Below are positions 36,554-46,331 of a stretch of 64,000 nucleotides of DNA, piece after piece. The stretch lies in NCBI GenBank assembly GCA_963632935.1, contig CAVGWA010000003.1:5444-69443 (forward strand). The letters run 5' to 3'. A program made the position numbers and the translations under genes. The stretch comes from Oscillospiraceae bacterium (GTDB taxonomy: Bacteria > Bacillota_I > Bacilli_A > RF39 > UBA660). The notes beneath the pieces are model-generated. The model was given only the letters and a program-made list of their open reading frames with translations, was not told where the DNA came from and searched no databases. Positions within the stretch are counted from its first letter, which is position 1. Each line of letters starts with the position of its first letter.

Positions 36554-37039
36554 ATGAGAAAGTTATATATTGATTTTGATGGGGTTATTTATAATTCTAT
36601 TGATGTTTCTTATAAGATGGCAAATGAGAAAAATATGAAAACTGAAAGAGAATTTTATTTGTTTTATAAGAATTTAGATTGGAAAGTTGTTTTGGAAAAT
36701 TCTTGTGAGATTAATAATGCTTTTAGTAATATAAAAAAACTTAGTAAATTTTATGATGTTGCTATTTTAACTCATGTTGTTTCTTTGGATGAGGTTTTAG
36801 AAAAAGTAAATATAATAAGAAACCATTTAGACGATATAAATATTATTTCGGTTCCAAAGTCTATTTCTAAAACTAAGATGGTGTGTGCCAAAGATGCCAT
36901 TTTGGTTGATGATTATGTTCAGAATTTGATTGAATGGAAAAATGCTGGTGGAATTGGAATTAAATTTGATTTAGACATGGATGGAAAAGGTTTTCCTGTT
37001 ATTGATAGGCTTGATAAAGTGGTAGAAATTTTAAAGTAG
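36554..37039 (+). CDS. HAD superfamily hydrolase, possibly a 5'(3')-deoxyribonucleotidase (NT5C-like)
   Basis: The nucleophile motif YIDFDGV is at the N-terminus and the VDDYVQNL motif lies near the C-terminus. 161 aa. Confidence 0.45.
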   Translation: MRKLYIDFDGVIYNSIDVSYKMANEKNMKTEREFYLFYKNLDWKVVLENSCEINNAFSNIKKLSKFYDVAILTHVVSLDEVLEKVNIIRNHLDDINIISVPKSISKTKMVCAKDAILVDDYVQNLIEWKNAGGIGIKFDLDMDGKGFPVIDRLDKVVEILK

Positions 37040-37094
37040 GTATGTACAAAATATAGTAAAAAATGTTATAATTGTTGTGCTTGGAGATGAGGAT

Positions 37095-38087
37095 ATGTTA
37101 GTATTAGCCAAAGCGGTTTTATCAATTATGTTAGGTTTTTCCTTTTCAGTCGTTTTTGGCTATTTTGCTATTAAATGGCTAAAGAAAAAACATATAAGAC
37201 AGCAAGTATCTAATAGTTTAGGTGAAAGACATAAGAAAAAAAACGGAACGCCAACTACTGGTGGAATAATTTTTATTATTCCAACGGTTCTAATTATGAT
37301 AGCTCTGGTGCTTACTGGAAAGATTGAATTTTCTACTAATTTATTTATTGTATTATTTGTATTTATTGCGTATGCAATATTTGGATATGTTGATGATTAT
37401 TTGATTATTAAAAGGCATAATAATGATGGGCTTAGTATATTTTGGAAGCTTGTTTTACAAATTATTGTAGCTTTAATATTTTTCTATATGTTTTTAAGTA
37501 GTGGTAATGAGCCGGTTGTTGATATTCATACACTTGGTATTAAGATTAATTTAGGCTGGCTTTATGGAATGTTTTTACTATTTGTACTTGTAGGTAGTAG
37601 TAATGCTGTTAATATTACTGATGGACTTGATGGACTTGCTGGTGGACTTTCAGCTATTGCATTTTTTGCTTTTGGTATTATTACTTGGGGCGCTGATTGG
37701 GCTGCTGGTAATGAAGAGGTTGCAATATTTTGTTTTGTGCTTGTAGGTTCTTTAGTTGGATTTTTAGTTTATAATTGTTATCCTGCAAAAATATTTATGG
37801 GGGATACGGGTTCTTTATCTTTGGGTGCAGCACTTGCTACTGTAGCAATTATTACTAATCATGAGATTACGTTAATTATTGTGGCTGGAGTGTTTGTTTT
37901 GGAAACATTAAGTGTTATTGTGCAATGGATTGCAATAAGTAAGTTTCATACTAAAGTTCTTTTGATGGCACCACTTCATCATCATTTTGAAAAGTTGGGT
38001 TGGAGTGAAGTTGATGTTGTTAGATTATTTTGGTCAGCTGGTTTACTTTTAAGTATGGTAGCTATTGGCTTTGGTGTATGGATATAG
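37095..38087 (+). CDS. mraY: Phospho-N-acetylmuramoyl-pentapeptide-transferase
   Basis: GTPTTGG, NAVNITDGLDGLA, MGDTGSLSLG and PLHHHFE motifs. The ATG at 37095 follows GGAGATGAGGA. Confidence 0.92.
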   Translation: MLVLAKAVLSIMLGFSFSVVFGYFAIKWLKKKHIRQQVSNSLGERHKKKNGTPTTGGIIFIIPTVLIMIALVLTGKIEFSTNLFIVLFVFIAYAIFGYVDDYLIIKRHNNDGLSIFWKLVLQIIVALIFFYMFLSSGNEPVVDIHTLGIKINLGWLYGMFLLFVLVGSSNAVNITDGLDGLAGGLSAIAFFAFGIITWGADWAAGNEEVAIFCFVLVGSLVGFLVYNCYPAKIFMGDTGSLSLGAALATVAIITNHEITLIIVAGVFVLETLSVIVQWIAISKFHTKVLLMAPLHHHFEKLGWSEVDVVRLFWSAGLLLSMVAIGFGVWI

Positions 38088-38103
38088 AAATTGGAGGAAG
38101 AAT

Positions 38104-39357
38104 ATGGCAAAATGTGAAAAAGAAATTGAAATTACAATTGAAGGTAAGATTTGGGAAGAAGCTTTAGATAAGGCTTTTAATAAGGCAAATAAAAAAGCTA
38201 AGATTGATGGTTTTAGACCTGGTAAAGCTCCTAAGGATATTTTTATTAAAAAATATGGTATGGAGTCATTATATATGGATGCGGCTGATGAAGCTGCGGA
38301 TGAAGCATATAAAAAATTATTAGTTGATAATAAGGAAGATATGGAGAAGATTGTTGCTCGTCCTGAGATGAATTTAACTCATGTTGATGATAAAAAAATT
38401 ACTTTTAAATTTTTGTTAACTATGAGACCTGAAATTACTTTAGGAAAATATAAAGGTTTAGGTGTTAAAAAGGATAAAGTAGAAGCTAGTGCTGAAGAAA
38501 TCAAACAATCTATTGACTCTATGCGTGAAAGATATGCTGAGGATGTATTAAAGGATGGTAAGATTGAAAATGGTGATGTAGCTGTTATTGATTTTGAAGG
38601 ATTTATTGATGGTAAAGCTTTTGATGGTGGAAAAGGCGAAAATTATTCTTTAAAGATTGGTAGTGGCACTTTTATTCCTGGATTTGAAGATCAATTGATT
38701 GGTTTAAAATCTGAAGATGAAAAGGATGTTAAGGTTACTTTCCCTGAGGATTATCATGCTGAAGATTTAAAAGGTAAGGAAGCTTTATTTAAAGTTAAGG
38801 TTCATGAAGTTAAAGAAATTAAAGTTCCTGAGTTAGATAAAGAGTTTTTTGAAGATTTAGGTATGGAAGGAATTAATACTAAAGAAGAGTTAGAAGCTCA
38901 AATTTCTGAAAACATTTTAGCTCGTAAAGAAATGGATGCTGAAAATAAATATATGGATGATTTATTAGAGGCTGCTGCTAAGGATGTTAAGGTTGAAATT
39001 CCTGAAGCTATGATTGCTGAAGAGTTAGATAGAATGATTTCTCAATATGCTGAAAATTTAAAGATGCAAGGAATTAGTTTAGAACAATTTTATCAATTTA
39101 CAAATTCAGATGAAACTGCTTTAAAAGATCAAATGAGACCTGAAGCTATTAAGAGAATTACTTATAGATTGATGCTTGAAGAGATTGCTGAGGCTGAGAA
39201 AATTGAAATTTCTGATGATGAAGCTAAGGAAGAGTCTAAAAAATTAGCTGAAAAATATCAAATGAAGGAAGATGATTTCTTAAAAACATTTGGTGGTTTG
39301 GAAATTGTTAAATATGATTTAAAAATGCGTAAAGCTATGGAATTACTAAAGAAATAG
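38104..39357 (+). CDS. tig: Trigger factor
   Basis: GFRPGKAPK ribosome-binding loop and an FKBP-type PPIase region (DFEGFIDGKAFDGG). 417 aa from the ATG at 38104. Confidence 0.92.
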   Translation: MAKCEKEIEITIEGKIWEEALDKAFNKANKKAKIDGFRPGKAPKDIFIKKYGMESLYMDAADEAADEAYKKLLVDNKEDMEKIVARPEMNLTHVDDKKITFKFLLTMRPEITLGKYKGLGVKKDKVEASAEEIKQSIDSMRERYAEDVLKDGKIENGDVAVIDFEGFIDGKAFDGGKGENYSLKIGSGTFIPGFEDQLIGLKSEDEKDVKVTFPEDYHAEDLKGKEALFKVKVHEVKEIKVPELDKEFFEDLGMEGINTKEELEAQISENILARKEMDAENKYMDDLLEAAAKDVKVEIPEAMIAEELDRMISQYAENLKMQGISLEQFYQFTNSDETALKDQMRPEAIKRITYRLMLEEIAEAEKIEISDDEAKEESKKLAEKYQMKEDDFLKTFGGLEIVKYDLKMRKAMELLKK

Positions 39358-39376
39358 GGAAACTTATTTCTTTTTT
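39349..39376 (+). terminator. Rho-independent terminator of tig
   Basis: Stem aagaaata (39349-39356) / tatttctt (39365-39372), followed by T4. The stem is AT-rich and therefore weak. Confidence 0.45.
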
Positions 39377-39441
39377 GACATTAAAATTATAATTTTACAA
39401 GATTATATAAAAATGATATAATTAATGAAAGGAGGAATAGA

Positions 39442-40092
39442 ATGAATAGTAAAATTTTACCAAAGGTATTTGGTTGGATGTTTTTAGGTTTATTATTAAC
39501 TTTTGCGGTTGGATATTATGTTTCTTTAAATCCAGTTGCTATGTTGAAAATGATTGAAGGTAGTGGACTACTTGCAATTATAATTGTTGAACTTGTTGTT
39601 GTAGTTTTTTTAAGTCTAAGAATTCGACAAATGAGCCCTGTAACTGCTAAGATATGTTTTATGATTTATTCTGTATTAAATGGGTTGACATTTTCTTCAG
39701 TATTTCTTTATTATGAAATGTCATCTATAATATTTGTATTCTTAGTATCGGCTATAATTTTTGGATTGTTTGCGATTATAGGTGCGACAACTAAAATGGA
39801 TTTGTCAAATATTGGAACATATTTATTAATGGCTTTAATTGGTATTATAGTTTGTTCAATTTTGAATATTTTCTTTAAAAGTCAAGGATTTGATTTGGTT
39901 ATTTCATCTATAACTGTAATTGTATTTATTGGATTAACAGCATATGATGTTCAAAGAATTGGAAAAATGGATGATTTAGCTGTTATGAGTGAAGACAATT
40001 TAGCTATATTTGGTGCTTTACAATTATATTTAGATTTCATTAATATTTTCTTAGAATTATTAAAATTATTTGGAAAAGCAAAAGATAATTAA
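39442..40092 (+). CDS. Bax inhibitor-1/YccA family membrane protein
   Basis: 216 aa with 7 TM helices. Family-typical YDVQRI and LQLYLDFINIFLELLKLFG C-terminus. Confidence 0.8.
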   Translation: MNSKILPKVFGWMFLGLLLTFAVGYYVSLNPVAMLKMIEGSGLLAIIIVELVVVVFLSLRIRQMSPVTAKICFMIYSVLNGLTFSSVFLYYEMSSIIFVFLVSAIIFGLFAIIGATTKMDLSNIGTYLLMALIGIIVCSILNIFFKSQGFDLVISSITVIVFIGLTAYDVQRIGKMDDLAVMSEDNLAIFGALQLYLDFINIFLELLKLFGKAKDN

Positions 40093-40094
40093 AG

Positions 40095-40303
40095 GCTATG
40101 ATTTAAGAGTAGTAATAATTTGATAAAGTATAGAGAAAAAGTGGTTGGTGAAAACTTTTCTTTATCTGTTATGAACTTACTTATTAGCTGCTTGTGTGAT
40201 AAGCATAAGACGTTTGACTGCGTTACGGTGTAAAGATAATAAAATATTATGAAATAAGGTGGTACCGCGTTATATACGCCCTTATAATTTATAATATTTT
40301 TTT
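40095..40303 (+). promoter_or_regulatory. T-box leader (Leu-specific) upstream of leuS
   Basis: Stem I carries AGAGA/AGTA-like elements. The specifier loop reads GAA-CUU-A (CUU at 40176-40178). The T-box sequence is AAGGTGGTACCGCG. An antiterminator can be drawn as A1 ataagg (40254-40259) / ccttat (40280-40285), a 7-nt bulge UGGUACC (40260-40266), and A2 gcgt/acgc. The UGGU bulge matches a tRNA with discriminator A. Confidence 0.8.
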
Positions 40304-40320
40304 ATATAATAGGAGGATTT

Positions 40321-40674
40321 ATGAAGTATTTATTAACATTTTTATTTTGTTTTGTGTTTATTTATTTATTTTATTTTTTCATTGTAATTTTTAGAAAAAA
40401 AGGTTTTGAAAAATTTAAAACAAGTAAACAATTAGATTTTTTTAAGCAAGCTTATAAAATAGATTTTGATAAAGTTAATTTGAAACTATTCGCACATATA
40501 CTTGCTTTATCAAACGCATTTATAATTGCTTTGACGTGTAGTATTATTGAAATTTTTGATAATTTTTTATTGAAAATGTGTATTGGATTTGTTATTTTAT
40601 TACCACTTATGCTTTTAGTTTATAAGTTATTAAGTATTGTTTTAAAGAAAATGGAGGTTAAAAAAGATGTATGA
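40321..40674 (+). CDS. Small hydrophobic protein (117 aa, about 3 TM helices) between the T-box and leuS
   Basis: AGGAGG RBS at 40312-40317. The ORF overlaps the leuS start by 8 nt. No recognisable family. Confidence 0.5.
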   Translation: MKYLLTFLFCFVFIYLFYFFIVIFRKKGFEKFKTSKQLDFFKQAYKIDFDKVNLKLFAHILALSNAFIIALTCSIIEIFDNFLLKMCIGFVILLPLMLLVYKLLSIVLKKMEVKKDV

Positions 40675-43054
40675 TATAAAAGAAATAGAAAATAAATGGC
40701 AAAAATATTGGGATGATAATAACAGTTTTGTGGCTAATACTTTAGATGATAAAAGAAAATATTATTTATTGGTAGAATTTCCTTATCCATCTGGTGCGGG
40801 TTTACATGTTGGACATGCTAGAAGTTATACCGCACTAGATACTGTTGCTAGGCAAAAAAGAATGGAAGGATATAATGTTTTATTTCCTATTGGTTGGGAT
40901 GCTTTTGGTGCTCCTGCTGAACAATATGCAATAAAAAATCATATTCATCCTAAAGATGCAGTTAAAGAAAATATAAAAACTTTTAAACAACAAATAAAAG
41001 AATTGGGTATTTCTTTTGATTGGAGTAGGGAATTTTCTACTACTGATCCTGAATATTATAAATGGACTCAATGGCAATTTTTAAAGTTTTATGAAAATGG
41101 TATGGCTTATAAGGCTAAGAAAAATATTAATTGGTGTCCAAAGTGTAAAACAGGTTTATCTAATGAAGATTCTGCTGGCGGTGTTTGTGAAAGATGTGGT
41201 AGCAAAGTTGTTCAAAAGGAAAAAGAACAATGGATGCTTAGGATGAGTGATTATGCAGAAGATTTAATTACGGGACTTGATGATACTAATTTTAATAAAA
41301 GAGTTAAATTAGGACAAATAAATTGGATTGGCAAATCAACTGGAGCAGAAGTTAATTTTGAATTAAAAGATACTGATGAGGTATTAAAAATATATACAAC
41401 AAGACCTGATACTATTTTTGGAGCGACATTTATGGTTATTGCACCAGAACATCCTATTATTGAAAAGTTAAAAGATAAAATCAATAATATGGAAGAAGTC
41501 AAAAAATATCAAGAATATGCTTTAACTAAAACAGAATTTGAAAGAACTGAACTTGCAAAAGAAAAAACGGGTGTTAAAATTGATGGTATTAAAGCAATAA
41601 ATCCTTTTAGTGGTAAAGAAATTGAAATTTGGGCTTCTGATTATGTTATGATGAATTATGGTACGGGTGCAATTATGGCAGTTCCCGCACACGATGAACG
41701 TGATTATGAATTTGCTAAAAAGTTTAATATTGATATTATTCCTGTAATTGAAGGTGATAATCTTCCTTATACAGGTGATGGAAAATATATTAATTCTTCA
41801 TTTTTAAATGGTATGGAAAATAAAAATGATGCTATTAATAAAATGATTGAAGAAATTGAAAAAAAACATATTGGTAATAGTAAAATTAATTATCGTTTAC
41901 AAGATTGGGTATTTTCTAGACAAAGATTTTGGGGAGAACCTATCCCACTTGTTTACTGTGATCACTGTGGTTGGGTAGCCGTTCCTTATGAAAAATTACC
42001 TGTATTACTTCCTGATGTTGCTAATTATGAACCTACTGAGGATGGTGAAAGTCCACTTGCTGGAATTGATGAATGGGTAAATACTACTTGTCCTAAATGT
42101 GGAGGACACGCTAGAAGAGAAACTGATACAATGCCAAACTGGGCTGGTTCTTCATGGTATTTCTTAAGATATATGGATGCTCATAATGATAAAGAATTTG
42201 TTTCAAAAGAAGCATTAAATTATTGGGGTAAAGTTGATTGGTATGATGGTGGTATGGAGCACACAGCTCGTCATTTACTTTACGCTAGATTCTGGAATCA
42301 ATTTTTATATAATATTAATCTTGTTCCTAATAAAGAACCAATTGATATAAGAACTTCACATGGAATGATTCTAGGACCTGATGGTGAAAAGATGAGTAAA
42401 TCAAAGGGTAATGTAATTAATCCTCATGATATGGTCGAAGAGTATGGTGCAGATGCATTAAGACTTTATGAAATGTTTATTGGAGATTATGAAAAGGATG
42501 CAGCTTGGAGTACAAATAGTTTAAAAGGGTGTAAAAGATTTTTAGATAGAGTATGGAAAATTGGCGAAAGATTAAATAATAATGAAGGATATAGTAATGA
42601 AGCTTTAGTTCATAAAACTATAAAGAAAGTTACTAATGATATTAAATCTATGAAGTTTAATACGGCTATATCTTCTTTAATGATTCTTATGAATGAGTAT
42701 GATAGTATGGAAAGTATTACTAAAGATGATTTAAGGGTTTTAGTTCATTTATTAAATCCATTCGCTCCTCATATTACTGAAGAGATTAATGATAAATATA
42801 AATTAGGTAATGTTTTATGTGAAAGTACTTGGCCTAGTTATGATGAGAAAAAAACAGTTGATCAAAGTTATGAACTTATTTTTCAAGTAAATGGTAAAGT
42901 TAGGGGTAAGGCTAATGTAGGCATTGATACTACTAAAGAAAAGATGGAACAATTAGCTTTAGAAAATGAAAATGTTAGGAAGTTTACCGAAGACAAAAAT
43001 ATTGTAAAAGTTATCGTTATTCCAAATAGATTGGTTAATATTGTTGTAAAATGA
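40667..43054 (+). CDS. leuS: Leucine--tRNA ligase
   Basis: FPYPSGAGLHVGH (HIGH), KMSKSKGN (KMSKS), the CP1 editing domain and a zinc-binding Cys cluster. Confidence 0.95.
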   Translation: MYDIKEIENKWQKYWDDNNSFVANTLDDKRKYYLLVEFPYPSGAGLHVGHARSYTALDTVARQKRMEGYNVLFPIGWDAFGAPAEQYAIKNHIHPKDAVKENIKTFKQQIKELGISFDWSREFSTTDPEYYKWTQWQFLKFYENGMAYKAKKNINWCPKCKTGLSNEDSAGGVCERCGSKVVQKEKEQWMLRMSDYAEDLITGLDDTNFNKRVKLGQINWIGKSTGAEVNFELKDTDEVLKIYTTRPDTIFGATFMVIAPEHPIIEKLKDKINNMEEVKKYQEYALTKTEFERTELAKEKTGVKIDGIKAINPFSGKEIEIWASDYVMMNYGTGAIMAVPAHDERDYEFAKKFNIDIIPVIEGDNLPYTGDGKYINSSFLNGMENKNDAINKMIEEIEKKHIGNSKINYRLQDWVFSRQRFWGEPIPLVYCDHCGWVAVPYEKLPVLLPDVANYEPTEDGESPLAGIDEWVNTTCPKCGGHARRETDTMPNWAGSSWYFLRYMDAHNDKEFVSKEALNYWGKVDWYDGGMEHTARHLLYARFWNQFLYNINLVPNKEPIDIRTSHGMILGPDGEKMSKSKGNVINPHDMVEEYGADALRLYEMFIGDYEKDAAWSTNSLKGCKRFLDRVWKIGERLNNNEGYSNEALVHKTIKKVTNDIKSMKFNTAISSLMILMNEYDSMESITKDDLRVLVHLLNPFAPHITEEINDKYKLGNVLCESTWPSYDEKKTVDQSYELIFQVNGKVRGKANVGIDTTKEKMEQLALENENVRKFTEDKNIVKVIVIPNRLVNIVVK

Positions 43055-43668
43055 TTGACTTAAAGACTAATATTTGTATATTAAATCTTCCTTCAAAATT
43101 GGAATATAAATTAGTATCTTTTGGACTTACTAAAATTGGCTATGTTTTAAATTGTTTACCTGATGAATTATTAGCTTTAGGATTTGATTTTAATGAAGTT
43201 AATTTAATCGAAAATGCATTAATAAAAAATAATATTGATTCTAGTGAAGATGATTTATTTAAATTTAATTTTGATGATTATCAAGAAGAACTTATTTTTA
43301 ATCATAAGAGTTATTTTAATGGTAGTAAGTTTGATTTGTTAAGATACACTGATAATATTAATATTGTTAAAAAATTATATTATTTAAGAGATAATTTAAA
43401 TGTTGATGATAAAATTAAATTGAATCAATTTATTGACAAGCATGAGTATATGTCAATTTCTGAATTTCTTCAAATTGATTCTTATGAGGATAAAGATACT
43501 ATTGATTTTATTTGTAATATATTAGGTATGCCTTTAAATAATGATTTGGAATATGTAGAAAGATATAATCGAGAATATGATATATTAAGTTATAATTGTA
43601 TTAATAATGAAATTTTAGATTCATATAGCAGAAAATATATGAAAAAGTTTAAGTGTTTAAGAAGATAG
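43051..43668 (+). CDS. Hypothetical protein translationally coupled to leuS; N-terminal helix-hairpin-helix-like region
   Basis: ATGA overlap with the leuS stop codon. Residues about 8-60 (ILNLPSKLEYKLVSFGLTKIGYVLNCLPDELLALGFDFNEVNLIENAL) resemble the RpoA alpha-CTD/HhH pattern. The rest is unrecognised. Confidence 0.5.
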   Translation: MIDLKTNICILNLPSKLEYKLVSFGLTKIGYVLNCLPDELLALGFDFNEVNLIENALIKNNIDSSEDDLFKFNFDDYQEELIFNHKSYFNGSKFDLLRYTDNINIVKKLYYLRDNLNVDDKIKLNQFIDKHEYMSISEFLQIDSYEDKDTIDFICNILGMPLNNDLEYVERYNREYDILSYNCINNEILDSYSRKYMKKFKCLRR

Positions 43669-43705
43669 GGTTGTCTATCTTTTTAAATTAGAGTGATAAA
43701 AACAT

Positions 43706-43733
43706 TTGTGATAACACTTGTTCGTGTTATAAT
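43706..43733 (+). promoter_or_regulatory. ruvAB promoter candidate with an embedded inverted repeat / LexA-box-like site
   Basis: TTGTGA (43706-43711), a 16-nt spacer, and the extended -10 TGtTATAAT (43725-43733). The spacer contains ATAACACTTGTTCG (43711-43724; 8/10 match to CGAAC-N4-GTTCG) and a 7-bp inverted repeat ataacac-N6-gtgttat (43711-43730). Confidence 0.4.
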
Positions 43734-43751
43734 GTAGGAGGGGGAGTTCAT

Positions 43752-44297
43752 ATGTATGCTTATATTAAAGGGTTTGTTAAAGAAATAGAATGTGATTATA
43801 TTGTAATTGATAATGGTGGGATTGGTTATTTAATTCATACTGCTAGTCCTTATTCTTTTGAAATTGATAAAGAGTATGTTATATATTTGTATCAATATGT
43901 TAGGGAAGATGAAATTAGTTTATATGGATTTAAATCTAGTGAAGAGAAAGCTTTATTTTTAAAACTTATTTCGGTTAAAGGTTTAGGTTGTAAGATGGCT
44001 TTACCTATGCTTGCTTCTTCACCAAGTGGTGTTATTGATGCAATTGAAAGAGAAAATATTTTATATTTAAAAAAATTTCCTAAGATTGGTGATAAGGTTG
44101 CGAGACAAATTATATTAGATTTAAAGGGTAAGCTAACTAGTTATAAGGAAGATAATTTAGTTAATGAAGAACTTATTTCTGCTTTAAAGAGTTTAGGTTA
44201 TAAATCAAGTGATATTAATAAAGTAGTTAAGATGGTTGATAGTTCTTTAGATGTTGAACAGCAAATTAAAGAAGCATTAAAATTACTTTTAAAATAG
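43752..44297 (+). CDS. ruvA: Holliday junction DNA helicase subunit RuvA
   Basis: MYAYIKG..., an OB domain, two HhH motifs (ISVKGLGCKMA, KFPKIGDKVARQI) and C-terminal domain III. Confidence 0.9.
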   Translation: MYAYIKGFVKEIECDYIVIDNGGIGYLIHTASPYSFEIDKEYVIYLYQYVREDEISLYGFKSSEEKALFLKLISVKGLGCKMALPMLASSPSGVIDAIERENILYLKKFPKIGDKVARQIILDLKGKLTSYKEDNLVNEELISALKSLGYKSSDINKVVKMVDSSLDVEQQIKEALKLLLK

Positions 44298-44309
44298 GGG
44301 GGTTAAATT

Positions 44310-45308
44310 ATGGATGATAGAATTGTTAGTGGTGAAGTTATAAATGAAGATAAGAAAGATGATTCTTTAAGACCTAGTAGTTTAGATGAGTATATTGGTC
44401 AAAGTGAGTTAAAAGAAAATTTAAATATTTTCATGAAGGCGGCTAAAATGCGTGGTGAGGCTTTAGATCATGTTTTACTTTATGGTCCTCCTGGGCTTGG
44501 TAAGACTACGATGGCTTATATTATTTCAAATGAAATGGGAAGTAATATTAAAACTACTAGCGGTCCTGCAATTGAAAAAAGTGGTGATTTAGCTGCTGTT
44601 TTATCTACTTTAGAACCTGGTGATGTTTTATTTATTGATGAAATTCATAGAATTCCAAGGTTTATTGAAGAAATATTATATTCAGCTATGGAAGATTTTA
44701 AATTAGATATTATTGTCGGGTCTGATGCATCTAGCCGTAATATTACTATTGATTTGCCACCTTTTACTTTAGTTGGGGCAACAACTAGAGCTGGTGATTT
44801 AACTGGACCTTTACGTGATAGATTTGGTATTGTTTCTAAGTTAAATTTTTATACTGAAGAAGAACTTAAGGATATTGTTTTAAGAACCGGTAGAGTTTTG
44901 GATACTAACATTGATGATAATGCAGCTTTAGAACTTGCAAGAAGAAGTAGAGGAACACCTAGGATTGCTAATAGATTATTTAAAAGAGTTCGTGATTATG
45001 CTTTGGTTATGGACAAGAGTGTTATTGATTTAGATATTACTAAACTTGCTTTAAAAAAATTAAAGGTTGATGATTTTGGTTTAGATGCGACTGATTATAA
45101 TTTATTAAATGCTATTATTGAAAGATTTAATGGGGGACCTGTTGGTATTGATGCTCTTGCTTCATCTATTGGTGAGGAAGCTTCTACTATTGAAGATGTT
45201 TATGAACCTTATTTACTTCAAAATGGTTTTTTAAAACGAACTAATAGAGGTAGAGTTGTTACGGAAAAAGCTTATAAACATTTAAAGGAGGATGGTTATG
45301 AAAACTGA
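44310..45308 (+). CDS. ruvB: Holliday junction DNA helicase RuvB
   Basis: [12 protein letters not shown], Walker [10 protein letters not shown], Walker B LFIDEIHR, and [16 protein letters not shown]. Confidence 0.95.
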   Translation: MDDRIVSGEVINEDKKDDSLRPSSLDEYIGQSELKENLNIFMKAAKMRGEALDHVLLYGPPGLGKTTMAYIISNEMGSNIKTTSGPAIEKSGDLAAVLSTLEPGDVLFIDEIHRIPRFIEEILYSAMEDFKLDIIVGSDASSRNITIDLPPFTLVGATTRAGDLTGPLRDRFGIVSKLNFYTEEELKDIVLRTGRVLDTNIDDNAALELARRSRGTPRIANRLFKRVRDYALVMDKSVIDLDITKLALKKLKVDDFGLDATDYNLLNAIIERFNGGPVGIDALASSIGEEASTIEDVYEPYLLQNGFLKRTNRGRVVTEKAYKHLKEDGYEN

Positions 45309-46323
45309 TGATTTTGATTTTTATTTACCAGAAAGGTTAATTGCTCAAACACCTTTAGAAAAGCGAGATGCTTCAAAGTTACTTATTTTAGATAGAAAAA
45401 CTGGTGATATTTCTCATAAACATTTTACTGATGTTATAGATTATATGGATGAGGGTGATACTTTAGTTTTGAATGATACTAAGGTTATGCCAGCTAGACT
45501 TTATGGAATAAAAGAGGAAACTAATGCTTTTATTGAAGTTTTACTTTTAAAAGATGAAGGTAATGATATTTGGGAATGCTTAGTCAGACCCGCTAAAAGA
45601 ATAAAGGAAGACAGCATTATTTCTTTTGGTGAAGGTAGATTAAAAGCTAGATGTACTGAAGTTTTAGATGAAGGTATTAGAAAATTTAAATTAGAATATA
45701 GTGGTATTTTATATGAGATAATGGATCAGTTAGGGGAGATGCCTTTACCTCCTTATATTCATGAAAAGTTAAAGGATAAAGATAGGTATCAAACTGTTTA
45801 TGCGAAGAATATTGGTAGTGCGGCAGCTCCTACGGCTGGGCTTCATTTTACTGAAGAGTTACTTTCTAAGATAAAGGAAAAAGGTATTAATATAGCTTAT
45901 GTTACTTTACATGTTGGACTTGGAACTTTTAGACCTGTTAGTGTGGATGATGTTACTAAACATAAGATGCATAGTGAATATTATGTTATGAGTGATGAGG
46001 TTGCTAAGATTCTTAATGATACTAAAAAAAGTGGTCATAAGATTATAAGTGTTGGTACAACTTCAACTAGGGTTTTAGAAACTGTTAAAAGTAAATATGG
46101 TGATTTTGTTTCTTGTTCTGGATGGACGGATATATTTATTTATCCTGGATATGAATTTAAAGGCGTTGATTATTTGATTACTAATTTTCATTTACCTAAG
46201 TCAACTTTAGTTATGCTTGTTAGTGCACTTGCTTCAAAAGAAAATATTATGAGGGCATACGATGAAGCTGTTAAAAAAGAATATAGGTTTTTCTCTTTTG
46301 GGGATAGTATGCTTATAAAATAG
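45298..46323 (+). CDS. queA: S-adenosylmethionine:tRNA ribosyltransferase-isomerase
   Basis: [36 protein letters not shown], and the [12 protein letters not shown] motif. Confidence 0.92.
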   Translation: MKTDDFDFYLPERLIAQTPLEKRDASKLLILDRKTGDISHKHFTDVIDYMDEGDTLVLNDTKVMPARLYGIKEETNAFIEVLLLKDEGNDIWECLVRPAKRIKEDSIISFGEGRLKARCTEVLDEGIRKFKLEYSGILYEIMDQLGEMPLPPYIHEKLKDKDRYQTVYAKNIGSAAAPTAGLHFTEELLSKIKEKGINIAYVTLHVGLGTFRPVSVDDVTKHKMHSEYYVMSDEVAKILNDTKKSGHKIISVGTTSTRVLETVKSKYGDFVSCSGWTDIFIYPGYEFKGVDYLITNFHLPKSTLVMLVSALASKENIMRAYDEAVKKEYRFFSFGDSMLIK

Positions 46324-46331
46324 GTGATGAT

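Noticed and set aside
40241-40300. A 10-bp perfect A/U helix bracketing the T-box antiterminator, considered as the missing terminator.
   Set aside because: An all-A/U stem in DNA this AT-rich may be fortuitous and would be thermodynamically weak. I mention it in the T-box finding but do not call it a terminator.
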